NCBI GenBank assembly: GCA_964016885.1
Contig: OZ024740.1
Span: 166,718,001-166,782,000, forward strand
Origin: Eledone cirrhosa
Lineage: Eukaryota
Length of the DNA: 64,000 bases
Direction: 5' to 3'
Shown here one piece after another: positions 37,970 to 50,499 of the stretch. The notes below the pieces were generated by a model. The model saw only the letters and a list, made by a program, of their open reading frames with translations, searched no databases and had not been told where the DNA came from. The first letter of the stretch is position 1, and each line of letters starts with the position of its first letter. The translations under genes were made by a program, and so were the position numbers.

Positions 37970-40325
37970 GCATACATACATACATACATACATACATACA
38001 TACATACATACATACATACATACATACATACATACATACACACATACATGTATGCATGATGGCTGCAAACTCTGCCAAGAGTATTGCAATCGCTTGTCAG
38101 ATTCAGATGTGGGATGCTCGGATATAGCTTTTCAAGCCTGCTAGAGACTTGCAGTCCTTCACACACTGACGACAACTATGGATCTTCCTGGCTTGAGGGC
38201 CGCACCAGGTTGCCCGTGAACACTCGCAACACCGTGGAGATCTGCTTCTCTTTGAACATGGCTGAGACTGTGGCTCCTGAGACCAGATTTGGTCAAACAC
38301 ATTTTCCACACTCAGGGCACTTAAATTCAATGGAGACACCGATTGTTTCGAGAGATACACCGGGACATTGCTTACGCGCTTTTGATCTTCTCGTGCTCTA
38401 TGCGTCTGTCCACAAAATTATGGACCCTATCATTCACCATTCCACGCCAAGTTTCTCTTTCAAGAGCTTCTATCTCCCAGTCATCCATCATCAAACCAGT
38501 TTTTTATCAATGAGTCCTTTACGCAATCCTTGAATCGGAGCTTTGGTTTGTGAGGTTGTCTCTTAACCTCATAAAGCTCGCCATACAAGAGTTGTTTTCG
38601 GATTCGATCATCTTCCATTCTGCAGAGGTGTCTGGTCCATCGCAAACACCGTTGGTGGATGATACGCTCAATGCTCCGACACACACTTCTCTCAAGGACC
38701 TCAACATCACTCACATGCATCTGCCACTTGATACCGAGCATCTTTCTAAGACACTGCTGGTGAAACCGTTCCAGTCTGTGGATATGCCGTTTGTAGGCAA
38801 CCCATGTATCACATGCATACAGCAAAGCTGACAGTACACATTCAGCATACACTCTCATCTTGCTCCTCATTGTCATTCCTCGCCTGCAGCAAAGACGGTC
38901 GTTGAGCCTTCCAAATCACTCACTTGCCTTACTAACACGTAGACCAACTTCTGCATTCAGAAAGCAGGTCACACTCAGAGTACTCCCCAAATACACCAAT
39001 GTGTCAGCAGCCTTCAGCTTTTGACCGTATACGTGTATGGAGGGTTCATTGAAAACTTTATCCGGAGCAGGTTGGTACATGATGACAGCCTTCTTCAGAC
39101 TGATTGTCAGTCACAAAGCACTGCACGCATTAGAAAAAGAATCCATAAGGTGTTGCATCTCACTCTGGGGGTGTGCAAAGAGATCACAATCATCTGCATA
39201 TAAACATTCTCTGATCAAGTTACTCAGTACCTTAGTGTTGGAGTGAGACGCCTAAGCTTAAACAGCTTGCCGGAAGTACGATATCTGAGATAGATAGCGT
39301 GTTGACAATCCTTGAAGGCCATGAAGAACACCATCGCGAAATACAAGGCAAACAAAGTTGGTGCAGGTATATCACACTGCTTGACACCATTTTCAACCGA
39401 GATTTGCTCAGACAATTCACCCATGCCTGCATGTCATCGTGGAAGAGTTTCAGAATGTTCACAAACATTTCAGGACAGCCCTATCTCTCTAAAATAACCG
39501 ACAAAGACTTCCGATTAACGGTGTCAAATGCCTTGGTCAGATCGACAAAAACTTGGTACAAGTCCATGCGCTGCTCAATGCATTTATCTTGAAGTTGTTT
39601 GGCCAAGAAGATCATGTCAACAGTGCCTCTGCCATTCCTAAAGCCACATTGGGACTCAGAAAGTACCTCAACAGCAATGTGCTGTATCAATCTGTCCAAC
39701 AATATCCTGCACAAGATCTTCCTAGCCACAGATAGCAGTGAAATACCTCTGTAGTTTCCACAGTCGTCTTTGGCTCCCTTTCCTTTGTAAAGTACCACTA
39801 TCAGTGCATCTTTTCAATGCTGTGGCACATCTTCATTCCAAACATTCACAAAAAGATCAGTGAGGCGGTTTAAGAGGTTATCACCAGCACACTAAAAATC
39901 TCGGCACTCAGTCCATTCATTCCAGGTGACTTGCCGCTGTTTAATTTGCCAATGGCCTTCGCCACCTCATCAAATAAAGGAGGATCAGCCATTGCCAGCT
40001 TTGTAGTTATGGATGGAATCGACCGGATGAACCCATCATCAATTTCTGATGGTCTGTTGAGAAGCTCATCAAAGTGGTCATGCCACCTGATCAGGATTTC
40101 CTTCGGATCTCTGAGCAATTCCTTTGCCATCCCCGGAGCGAAGTGGTGATATTTGTGAACCGGTCGGACCATACACCTCCCTGAGCAGACTGTATAGGAG
40201 CTTTGTGTCATGTCTATCTGAGGCCTTCTGGAATTCATCAGCCTTTTGGCTCCACCAGGTTTCCTGCCTTGATCTGCCTGAAGGTCCGGTCACTCCTGTT
40301 GACCTCAGCCGGATGGCTGGAACAG
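37970..40325 (-). mobile_element. RTE-BovB clade LINE, 5'-truncated (no APE domain), decayed, with (TATG)n tail
   Basis: WWSQKADE, RWHDHFDELLNRPS, KSPGMNGL.AEIF, LYKGKG..DCGNYRGISLLS, ESQCGFR.GRGTVDMIF, FVDLTKAFDTVNR, NGVKQ..APTLF, ECLYADDC (~39190-39213), LLYACDTW, RWTRHLCRMEDDR..KQLLYGEL, C-terminal zinc fingers. Tail at 37970-38050. Confidence 0.93.
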
Positions 40326-40823
40326 GTAAAAGAGTATACATATATGATTTCCAATAGATGTTTAGTTCAATTCTTTTATATTTCACCCCTACAATAAACT
40401 ATATATATAAATACAAATCAGGCATTACGCTTAAAATATACTCACACACAAACATATACTCACGTAAACTGTTCTCAAAGGCTTTTTCTGTTGTTTTTGA
40501 AAACAGTTTCCGTAATATTGGCATATTAAGAAAGAAATGTACGTAGTCATATTAAATATCAGATGATCAGGAACTATGTTTACATGTTCTACATCTTCAA
40601 CGAACAGTCATTTTCACATCCACACACTTTTACTCGTGCAACTTTATTAATGTTTACCTTAGACGATCCCCGTTTACATTTAAATGTGAATTATATCATG
40701 AAAAAATAACATGAAACTCTGAGCAAGTATTTTTTATTGCTGCTTTGTTTCGTCCAATACATTTTGAGTGCAATTTAGTTTGTCCAGTGGTTTGTATGTC
40801 CTACTTACAATGATAATATAATG

Positions 40824-41014
40824 CGTTCAATTTCTGGATCGGACGGCATGTTATGCACATGAGACAAACACAGCATTTTACCTTGCTGAAAATGTGTACT
40901 ACCTGTAACTGGGGGGTTAGTTAAACCATCGACGGACTGGTGTCATGTCCAAGGGAAGTCATGCACTCGAAGTCACTTAATGCCAATGAAACCGGAATAA
41001 GTCTCTGGCCTTAG
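40824..41014 (+). mobile_element. Diverged SINE family B copy
   Basis: gttcaatttc B-box-like; ...cgacggactggtgtcatgtccaaggg...atgccaatgaaaccgg mirrors 28985-29230. Confidence 0.45.
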
Positions 41015-41240
41015 GAGAGATTTGAAAATAAGCTTTTTAAGTCAATATATTTTGTCAAATAGGAAAGTACTACTGTCCCCTTATTGGCGCTTCGATGCCG
41101 AGTAAAATGTTTCCTAACTATTAATTTCAGGATTGCTAAATATTTAATAAACATTACATTTTATTTTTTAAGACACAAACAAACACATATTCACACGCAT
41201 TTAATTAATTATACATGTCAATTAATAATATTTACAGTAT

Positions 41241-41830
41241 CACTAAGACAGCGTCTAAGCATAATAGAGGTGTATATGTAAATATATATAAACATGTATA
41301 ATACGGTCATATACAATAGGTAGCCTCACTGCCGAAAAAAATATCATTTTATAACGAAACGAAATGGGAAAAAAAATGTTTTTCTATATTTGCCTCGCTG
41401 AATATATCACCGAGTTGCCCGTTTATGTCCTAAGAATGTCAGAAAGCTGTTTCAAGCTTTGTTAAACTCTCATCAGTGACTCCTAATCAAAATGTGCTGT
41501 CATAGACTATAGCCTATATAGAATTTAGCTTCATGACCAAATGCAGGATATACACATTTGCATACAGCAAATCAGAGAACATCGGCTCGAAGTGATAAAT
41601 TGCATATTGTACGAGCCTAGCCGGTCATATTTAATTGGCGAGAGCACTACGACAGCATTTAAACATAATAGAGGTGCATGTGAAAATATATAAATTATCT
41701 AATACGCTCATATATGGGTAGCCTCGCTGACGTAGAGAAACATTCTTTTGTAACTAAACGAAAAGAAAAAACAAAATACATTTTTCTCATATTTTCAGTG
41801 AATATATCACAGAGTTGTCAATATATATCC
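41241..41830. repeat. Diverged ~190 bp direct repeat with 404 bp period, enclosing a hammerhead motif
   Basis: cacta.gacagc..taa.cataatagaggtg...ggtagcctc.ctg...tgaatatatcac.gagttg at 41241-41430 and 41645-41830. Confidence 0.8.
41433..41484 (-). ncRNA. Minimal hammerhead ribozyme motif with one stem III substitution
   Basis: Minus strand: gtca-CUGAUGA-gagttt aaca aagctt-GAAA-cagct-UUC|-tgac. Stem I gtca/tgac and a 6 bp stem II. GAAACAGCUUUC is one base from palindromic GAAACAGCUGUC. Confidence 0.65.
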
Positions 41831-42626
41831 AGTGACGTTATTTCGTGTCTGCGTGTGTGTATTTGGCTGTATGAGTGTACGTATATTTGTATGCATGTGT
41901 GCGCGTGTGTATGTGTGGATAGGTGCGTGGAGGTGTTTCTTTTTTTTCGTTTGTTTTTCCCGAACAATTTAGCCTTTACTCCTTAACAACAAAGAAACAC
42001 ACATTGAAATATGAAAATGCATCCCCATAGCCACGTCAGCAACATCACAAACGTTCACCAAACTAAAAGAAGGGGAGAGGGAACGAAATTAACAAACAAG
42101 GGGTGGAGGGTTCGAGTAGAGGATAGCATGAAGAGATAATACACATTGCTTTGAACCTGCCCCTACAGAAGACTTTTTTGACCTCGTTTTCTATACTGTA
42201 GAATCATTGTTGTACCCTAAATCTTTGTCCCCATTTTCAGCGATATCTATCGCACAGATCGACCACCACATAGCGAACACATAGCTAGATATATGCACAC
42301 AAACACGGAAAAACACATGCGCACACACAACAACACCTAAACCCTGACCATGTGAGGGACATCTAGGCACCACCCAGCCGGGCCACACGCATGCATTCTC
42401 ATACACACACAAAACACACACACACACACAGACAAGAAAGAGGGGGTAAGCAATATGTAAATCAAAACACCGGGAAGGCACCCGCGCCCACGGAGATGAC
42501 ATTGTAACATATTCTTCACGACTATGAAGGTATTGGTCAAAGAAACCCCCTCTCCAATTGTCCACTGAATCATTTTCTCCCTCCACCCTCAACTGTGCCC
42601 ATTTCTCCATTTACCTCACACATCCC

Positions 42627-42835
42627 TGTTCCCGACGAATCTGGGTGAGGAAATAGCTGAAAATGATCAAATAATTCCCCGTTGAAAAATGGCGTGAGCA
42701 CAGCCATCGGGCACTAAATTTTCACAACACAACCCGTCGGGGTTAAACATTTTCCTATTACCCACTCTACTACCCTAAGTATTGAGTACTCTGGTGCGTT
42801 ATGGTCCATCTGGTTCCTTACCACACTTCCTTTGT
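42627..42835 (+). mobile_element. Repeat family X copy 2 with a degenerate hammerhead at its 5' side
   Basis: tgttc-CCGACGA-...-GAAAaa-tggc gtgagcaca gcca-UC|-gggca (42627-42713), followed by the shared acccactctactaccctaag...ttaccacacttc block. Confidence 0.65.
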
Positions 42836-42836
42836 T

Positions 42837-42881
<45 letters not shown>

Positions 42882-42940
42882 CAAGGCTCTGATACAATCA
42901 ACACCATAAACACAGAGCTGGCACATCTAAGAACTGACTA

Positions 42941-42996
42941 ACTGCCTGATGAGCTCATAGCTCTTCAATGGCTATCATCGAAATATATATAGCAGT
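42941..42996 (+). ncRNA. Minimal type I hammerhead ribozyme motif
   Basis: actgc-CUGAUGA-gctcatagc...gctatcatc-GAAA-tatata-UA|-gcagt. Perfect 5 bp stem I, palindromic stem III, AATAAA immediately downstream. Confidence 0.75.
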
Positions 42997-45876
42997 AAAT
43001 AAAGGATTATGAGTTCATGAAATTGACCTATGTTTCGTCACTATATATATATATAAATATATGTGTGTGTCTATGTGTGTGTGCCTGTGTGTGTGTATGT
43101 ACAAACACAGTTAATATATTATAACTGTTTTGTTTGCATTAAACGTGAAACTAGGAATAAAAGAAGAGATATATGTATATATTTACTGGCATAGTTTATC
43201 TGGTTAAGCTTGCGTTTCTGTATGTCAATATCTCTCGTTTTCCTTTCGTTCTCTCGTCCTTAATTCCTTATCTCAAACTGTCGTTCAAGCTGACATTGTA
43301 TGATATCAACATTCTCTCCAGTCAACTTCAAGAAAAAAAAAGATTGTTTTCTTCTCTTCCTATAACTCTTAATCTTTATCCCCACGCCACACACATAAAT
43401 ATATTTACTCCATTATTTGCAGTTTAACTATTGTCTCTCTATTAGAAATACATTTTTCTTTACTATCATAGAAACCAAGAAAACTAAACACCCTATTTTA
43501 TCTGTAGGGAGAAAGAATATCTCCAATACCCTTTCTTATCAGACCTTAGCTCATTGAGAATTAACAGGGTTAAAAGACGACGAATATTATTTTTAGTATT
43601 ATCATTATTGGTGTTTGAAGCGAAAAGAAGTATTATTTGTGAGGTCATGTAAGTTTTTCATCTCAACGTGTGCATATCCTTTTATTGTTAATATTTTTAT
43701 TTTCAAACGGGGCATAAGTCAAGGAGAGAATACGCTCCCTCCCTTTACGTCACCTGTCAAGTGACAGTCACTTAAACGTCGAACGGTATAACACTGCCCC
43801 TCCCCAAAACCATTACAAACACCAAATTAGGCAACATCGCCAACAGGAACACCAACAATAAAAAAAATGAGTGCTAACAAGCGGAATAATGACAGCAACA
43901 CCAATAACTAATGAAATCCCCTCTACCGGTTTCGTCCCTTCTACTTACATGAATATATTCAGATTAGGAACATTCAGCCGCGTCAATATCACCATCCTCA
44001 CACCAATTTTTCTTATAACACTAGACGTTATCACCTTCCTCTTATGGTGGAGCGTGAAGAATTTGGTGAGGTCTTGACCAGAGAGGAAGATTCCTATCCT
44101 CAATACTTTTAGACGTTTCCTTCATGCAATTGCCTTTCGCATATCTTCCAAACATGCAAAGTCTTGGCACGCATCCCCTCTGAAATAAAGTGATGTTTTA
44201 ACCATCACAAAAAGGTAAATCAGACCTATACCTGATAGTAGTCGTTCGGCACAAGCTCACAAGTCTACAAAATACGGATATTGGCCGATAGTATACATGA
44301 TGGTGTCATCGGCCTGCGTGCACCTCCGAAATGCTCAGCTTTCGTTCCGCCCATGCCTGTAGAACCTCTACGAAACTGAATCTCCGACTTGAAACGAATT
44401 CAAACGAAATTATTACTACTGCTTTTTCCGTCTAAGGATATAATTTGCGTTAAAACACACACAAACGTAGCATATGTTTATAATGATTTTCTGTTGACAC
44501 TTCAATATAAAGTCAACTAGTAGTTGCACATGTTATTAATAAAAGCATATTGAGCTTAAAAATACTTGACTTACTTTCATAGTTTCTGATTCCAGAGGAA
44601 TTGTTCCATGAAGTACAATAAAATCATGTTCTCAAATGGAGGAAAACTTTTCAAAGAAAAATACATCTTGTGCCGACACGACCTACAAGAAATAAGAACA
44701 AAATTCGTCTATCGCCGCTCACTGTGACTTTAAAATTAAGGGGCGCGTTTACTAATGCACAATAGCGGAAGAAAGAAGAATTCACTTAAGATACAATAGC
44801 AAATAAACTTAGATATAATGCTTACCTTAATCGAATCAGTTCTGTTTATTTAACGTCCGTCTACTAGAGTTATAATGATTATATTCGATTTTCTCTAATA
44901 CCTTTTTCCTTAATAATGTTTCCATTAGATTAACCAAGGCAGAATATATGCATCATCATTATCAGTTTAAAGTCCGTTTCAGCTATTGGTCGTGGCAAGT
45001 TATCCAAAAGTAAATGAAACGCTATTATTGAGTTGGTAATGTTGTTTGTTTTATTGTTGAATTTTACATTAACATTGTATTCACTAAATTAAAACGACAC
45101 ATATATGTATGCAGCATGGTTACCAAGAACGTAACTAGTTACAATAATCAATCTGAAGTTAAAAAAGCAGTATGAATACACAAGTGAGTTGTTTTCATGT
45201 GAAAATCCTCTCTCAAAATTGGAATTAATGTCGCAAATACCAGTCTCTTCCGCGGCATATATTAGAAATATTGTCTTAGTCTCAAAACAACAACACAATA
45301 TCAGACATATCAACCACTAAAATTCCAAACGTGGAGTATCATGAAAAAAAGTGCCCCAAAACGGGGAGAAATGAGGTAAAATAGGGAGATTTTACATAAA
45401 GAAAGCGATAACCATTTTCACAAGAGAAGACATCTACAACTCATCCCAAAGTCTATAGCAAATATCCCCACCCGATGGGGAGGGTTGTCAGGTCTGCGAT
45501 ATTTCAAAGTCATATAAAGATATAATAGTTATGGTTTTATTTTCTAACATATATCACTTTCAAAATAAATTACGTGTATGTTTACTATGTGGGGCAGCAA
45601 TCTGTTAACATTTTTTATTCTAATTTTTTCTTGAACAAGTAGTCGGTTTTCTTTTAAACAAGTAGTCGGTTTCCGTACTTGTTTGCTGACGCTCGAACTT
45701 TACTATTCGCGTAAGCTTGACATTTAGTTACTCCACGGCAACTTTTCAACACCAGAGTGAAGGAGTTTTTCTATAGATGTTCTTGAAGCTGAACATAATT
45801 TCTATTCAGCAACATTTACCTCTTATTTTTAAATATTGGTGATACTATCTGGTCTTATTATTCGTCGTATTTCTAA

Positions 45877-46069
45877 GGGTGGTGGATCGGCAGTATAGGC
45901 TACGCATAGAGTTACGGCCCTTTATGATCTGAGTTCAAATCCCGCCGAGGTTAACTTTGTCTTTCATCCTTACCGAGTCGATAAAATAAATTACCAGTCA
46001 AGCACTGGAGTCGATTTAATCGACTCCCCCGCCCCCCGAATTACTGGCCTTGTGCCCATATAAGAAACC
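45877..46069 (+). mobile_element. SINE family A variant, full length, ~18 bp TSD
   Basis: gggtggtggatcggcag A-box-like and ctgagttcaaatccc B-box. TSD attatt(c/t)gtcgtatt(t/c)ct at 45857-45874 and 46070-46087. Confidence 0.9.
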
Positions 46070-48302
46070 ATTATTTGTCGTATTCCTGACTTTTCTGTTG
46101 AATCTAATGATATTACATAAAGGAAGATAACCAATATATTATATTTCGTGCTGGACACAAATATTTGTATAGTAAACTTGTCCTTACTGTGTAGATATAA
46201 AACATTCAATCTTTTTCTATAAGCATGAAATTTGAACACATGTTCTCTCATGCATGTGACTATTAACATGATATAGTCGTAGATAGTTAAATGTATGTAA
46301 ACGTACTTTTCTTTATCAAAATGACCATGTCTTTATATTTTTAACACCCAAGTATTAACGTTATATTTCACTGTCATCTGTGAACGTATGTGGATACGAA
46401 ATCGTGTGAATGTGTGTGATTGTACGTATGCATGCGTGAATGTATATTAGGTATTGTTGTATGCTTTATAGCCGTGTCTGCTATAAATACGTCCATGTCA
46501 ATGATATTTCTTTCCGCTTTGCTAATTTCTTTCTTTAGTTCACACTTTTGTGTCCAGAGGTTTGTATGTATAGTCGTCTAAACACTTATTAAATTACACA
46601 CGCGTAACGTTTTATATTTGATTTTTATTGTGAAATAATCTGTTAGTCATTAGCTATCTACAGTTTGTACACACTGAAAATGATTGGATTCATAAATCCA
46701 CATTTATTCATATATAATTGATTCAATTAGGTCCGCATTTCATGAGTCTCTGAACTACTTTAGATTAAAGCAAAATATATTTCTTTATCAACCTGTACCG
46801 AGTTCGCTTGGTTAAACCGATACCATATGGGAATAAATTACATTTCATTATAATTGATATACGCTTGGAACCCAGCTGATTTACAATGCTATCACCCGCA
46901 TGATATACAATTCATTCCAATAAACACATCTAGCGATTAACTTAGCTATCATTTACAATCGATATGGAAGTAGTATTTAATTCTTTATAATTCACCTTTC
47001 CTGACATCAGAAGTTTATATTTCGACCGTAATAGTATAACAATCGACCGTAATAGCATGTAATTATACGTCATCGACTAATGTAGATATTGGATGTTTAA
47101 GGTAATGACAATATTCAATTAGGAATATGATAGGGATTGGCTGTATGCAGGGAAGGGAGGGTTGTTATTTTAATGGCAATAATAGAAATAAACTATCAGG
47201 TAGATTATTAACAAAACAAAACAAGTGTTATTATTGCTAATTCTATACATTTATTTATTTGCTTTTATATCATTATATCTCTTACCTTGAATAATTATTC
47301 AATTCATTCAATTTTATATAATACGGCAAGTATGGAACAGTACTTTTGTTGGCAACTATACTCCATCGGTAAAATCAATGTTTACCTACAGTTTTATTCA
47401 CTGACACCCCACACACAGACGCACGCACACATACCCATACATCCCCCACACACACACAAACATATATATATATACGCATGTAATTGACGGACAAGAGAAT
47501 ATACCGGAGTAGAGTTTATATATTCATGTTATTAAAGCTAAATAACGAATTTCCTTATTAAAGAGTTTCACCTGCTTGTTCACCAGTGAATATGCATACT
47601 AGCAACTCCCTACTTACCCCTAATAAAATGTTCGATTAAATTTGATATCAAGTTGTGCATGCAAAGAACACTGATTATTTTTAAATTAAATGAAAACGAA
47701 AATGAAATTCCATGTAGTCACTCACAGCATGATACTACAACAGATGCGTCGTTATTCACTGGGTAAAGTGACAGATTCCTAAAATGTGTCTGTCAGACCA
47801 TTCCATGCTGGGATGTATGTCGAGTCATAATTGGAAGGTTTCCGTAGCTAACGTGTTTTCTAGAAGATTTTACACACTGTTCCTTCTGCCTGTCTTCAAT
47901 CCTCGAGATAGAAACGCCGGGTGTGGTATAACACGACCTTTGTTCTGCCTTGCTTTTATATTCCTTACATGCAAAATCTATTAGTGAATCCTTGATGTTT
48001 TCATATCCAACCGTCACTTTCTAACGTTATTTCTCCGCTTTTCTACTGTGATAGTATGTCTGGAAGCATTACGTCTTTGCTTTCCTCTGATGAAGACATC
48101 ACAGTTATATTATTCCAAGTGCTATAAACTTCATCTTGCATCAAGTGATTCATATTGAAATGTAAATTAATTCCAAGATTAATTTCAAGAATATCACGTT
48201 CTTTACCAAGTTGGTATGCAACAAATATATAAATTTCGGTCATACTTGTGAAATATATATTACGGTATCTATATATAGTGGAGTGTGTGTGTTTGCGACT
48301 AT

Positions 48303-48440
<138 letters not shown>

Positions 48441-50499
48441 GATTATGAAATAAATTATCAACAGATGTAAATCAAAAGAGTCTTATCTTTGTTAATATCT
48501 TAACTGTTCAAATCCAGGAACTGATATCATCATTTAGTAGATAACATCATACTTTAAAGTGATTAATGCACTTAGATTCACCTTTCCCTTACTCCTGAAG
48601 TTATCCTTAGTACTGGATAGGGAGTCATGCTTGAGGAACCTTATGTTCATATATTTCGTGTTTAGCGCATTGCACTACCCATGAGTTCAATAATAGTTCT
48701 CGGGAGGGTAATATTTTTTATTCAATTATTAAGGAATTTTACTACTTATCAATACTCAGTCATGCCATATTTACCGGGATGTATATGCCTTATATACATA
48801 CATATATACATTATATACATCTTTTGAAAATATATCACACCTAAAAAATATTTTGTGTTCGGGGTGACTATCTGTGCTGTGAATATGAATATTTCATTAT
48901 ACAACAGCGAAGAAAAGAGTATTTAAGAGCATTTAAGAAGACATATTCGAACTCTACAGTGTCTCTACTCTCCGTATAATTTTTTTATTGTTTGTAAGTA
49001 ACAATTATTCTGAAACTGCATTGTGTATCTTGTTGTATTAGAGTTGCCCCACTTACTAGTTGTTTTCCTTTTAAGATATTATATAACACAATTCCCCACT
49101 ATACTAGCGCAATTCCAGTTCAAACAATTTTTCGGCTCATTAAATTACAGATACGAACGTGTTATTGTATTTCGTATGCAGAAGACTTCACCTTGGTTTT
49201 CGGTCATCTATTTTGTTGAGATATACAGGGAATTATCTCTCACACATTTCTTTTACAATTTTGTATATTAATAAAACTAAATCCGGGACACTGAGTAGAA
49301 TATGTTTTGCTGAAGATGTTGTGTATGCCTGACAGATATGTGTATACCCGTTAGTTTAAAACCAGAGTAATACACCTCGTCATTGTCTATATCATCCAAA
49401 ATGTTCCATCGCCTGTTTCTATCCATGCTATGTCCCTTTTTATTGAGTTTAGTTTCTATATACCCCAAAACGTAGCAATGCATCAAATAATTCTTAGCTG
49501 AATTAATTGATAATCATAAATATGTTTTTTGGTTTACTTTTACAGATTTTTCAAAGAGATTTTCGTTACAGTCTTTCTGAAAATAATTTTCTTTTATGTG
49601 GTCGGTCGCTCGTGTTGAGCACAAAAGACTCAACTGGTTTTATCTTTGTCGTTTAAGTTGTACGCGGAAATATATTTTTCGTAACGACAAAATATTTTTT
49701 CCCAATATATTTTGTGAGCAATTTCGCAGTATGTCCATATGAACATTTCCAGTCGATGTTTTCTAAATGCCATATGCAAATGAGCATCTCAGAAACTCAG
49801 AAAGGGTACAATGTATTTAGAATTTGTATGTAAACTTGTTACTTTGCTCGTAACGGGCTTGAATTCCAGGAATATTATTTTAAATAAATCGCAAATAACA
49901 TGAATACATACAAGTACACGCATACATACACGAATACATACATACAAGTGTACATACATGCATGGATATATGCAGTTATACATACAATTATACATACATG
50001 CATAAACACAAACATGCATACCGAATATTGTATATATGTAAACGATTTTCCATTTGTTTTGTCTAGAATAAACCTAGATATAGTATAATTTATATGCATA
50101 TGACACACACAATCACATATATATACAAGCATAACATTTAATCACACATACTTGTATACTCGTGAGATATTTACAATTATTATTTGAGTGCAAGTATGTT
50201 CACTCATACATTGACATATATAACTGCATTAGTTCACTTACGTATTGATGATCCCGGCTACTGCCTTGACTCAAACAAAGAAGGTTTGATAGAGTTTGAC
50301 TGTTTTTAAAGCTGGAAAGGAAATAAAAAACAAACATCTATGTTCATATACATAACTACCTCCAAACACATATAGATTCATACTTTCATATACTGTATTG
50401 AGTTGCAGTTACAATTCACCAACAGATATAAATAACAGAATTCAATCAAAACGAAAACATATAAGCTAAATGAATCACTTTTCAATAAAGGAAAGTTGA

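Noticed and set aside
47793-48230. Non-repetitive minus-strand ORFs as possible host exons
   Set aside because: In-frame stop at 48043, no recognisable domain, and no supportable splice structure. Needs RNA-seq.
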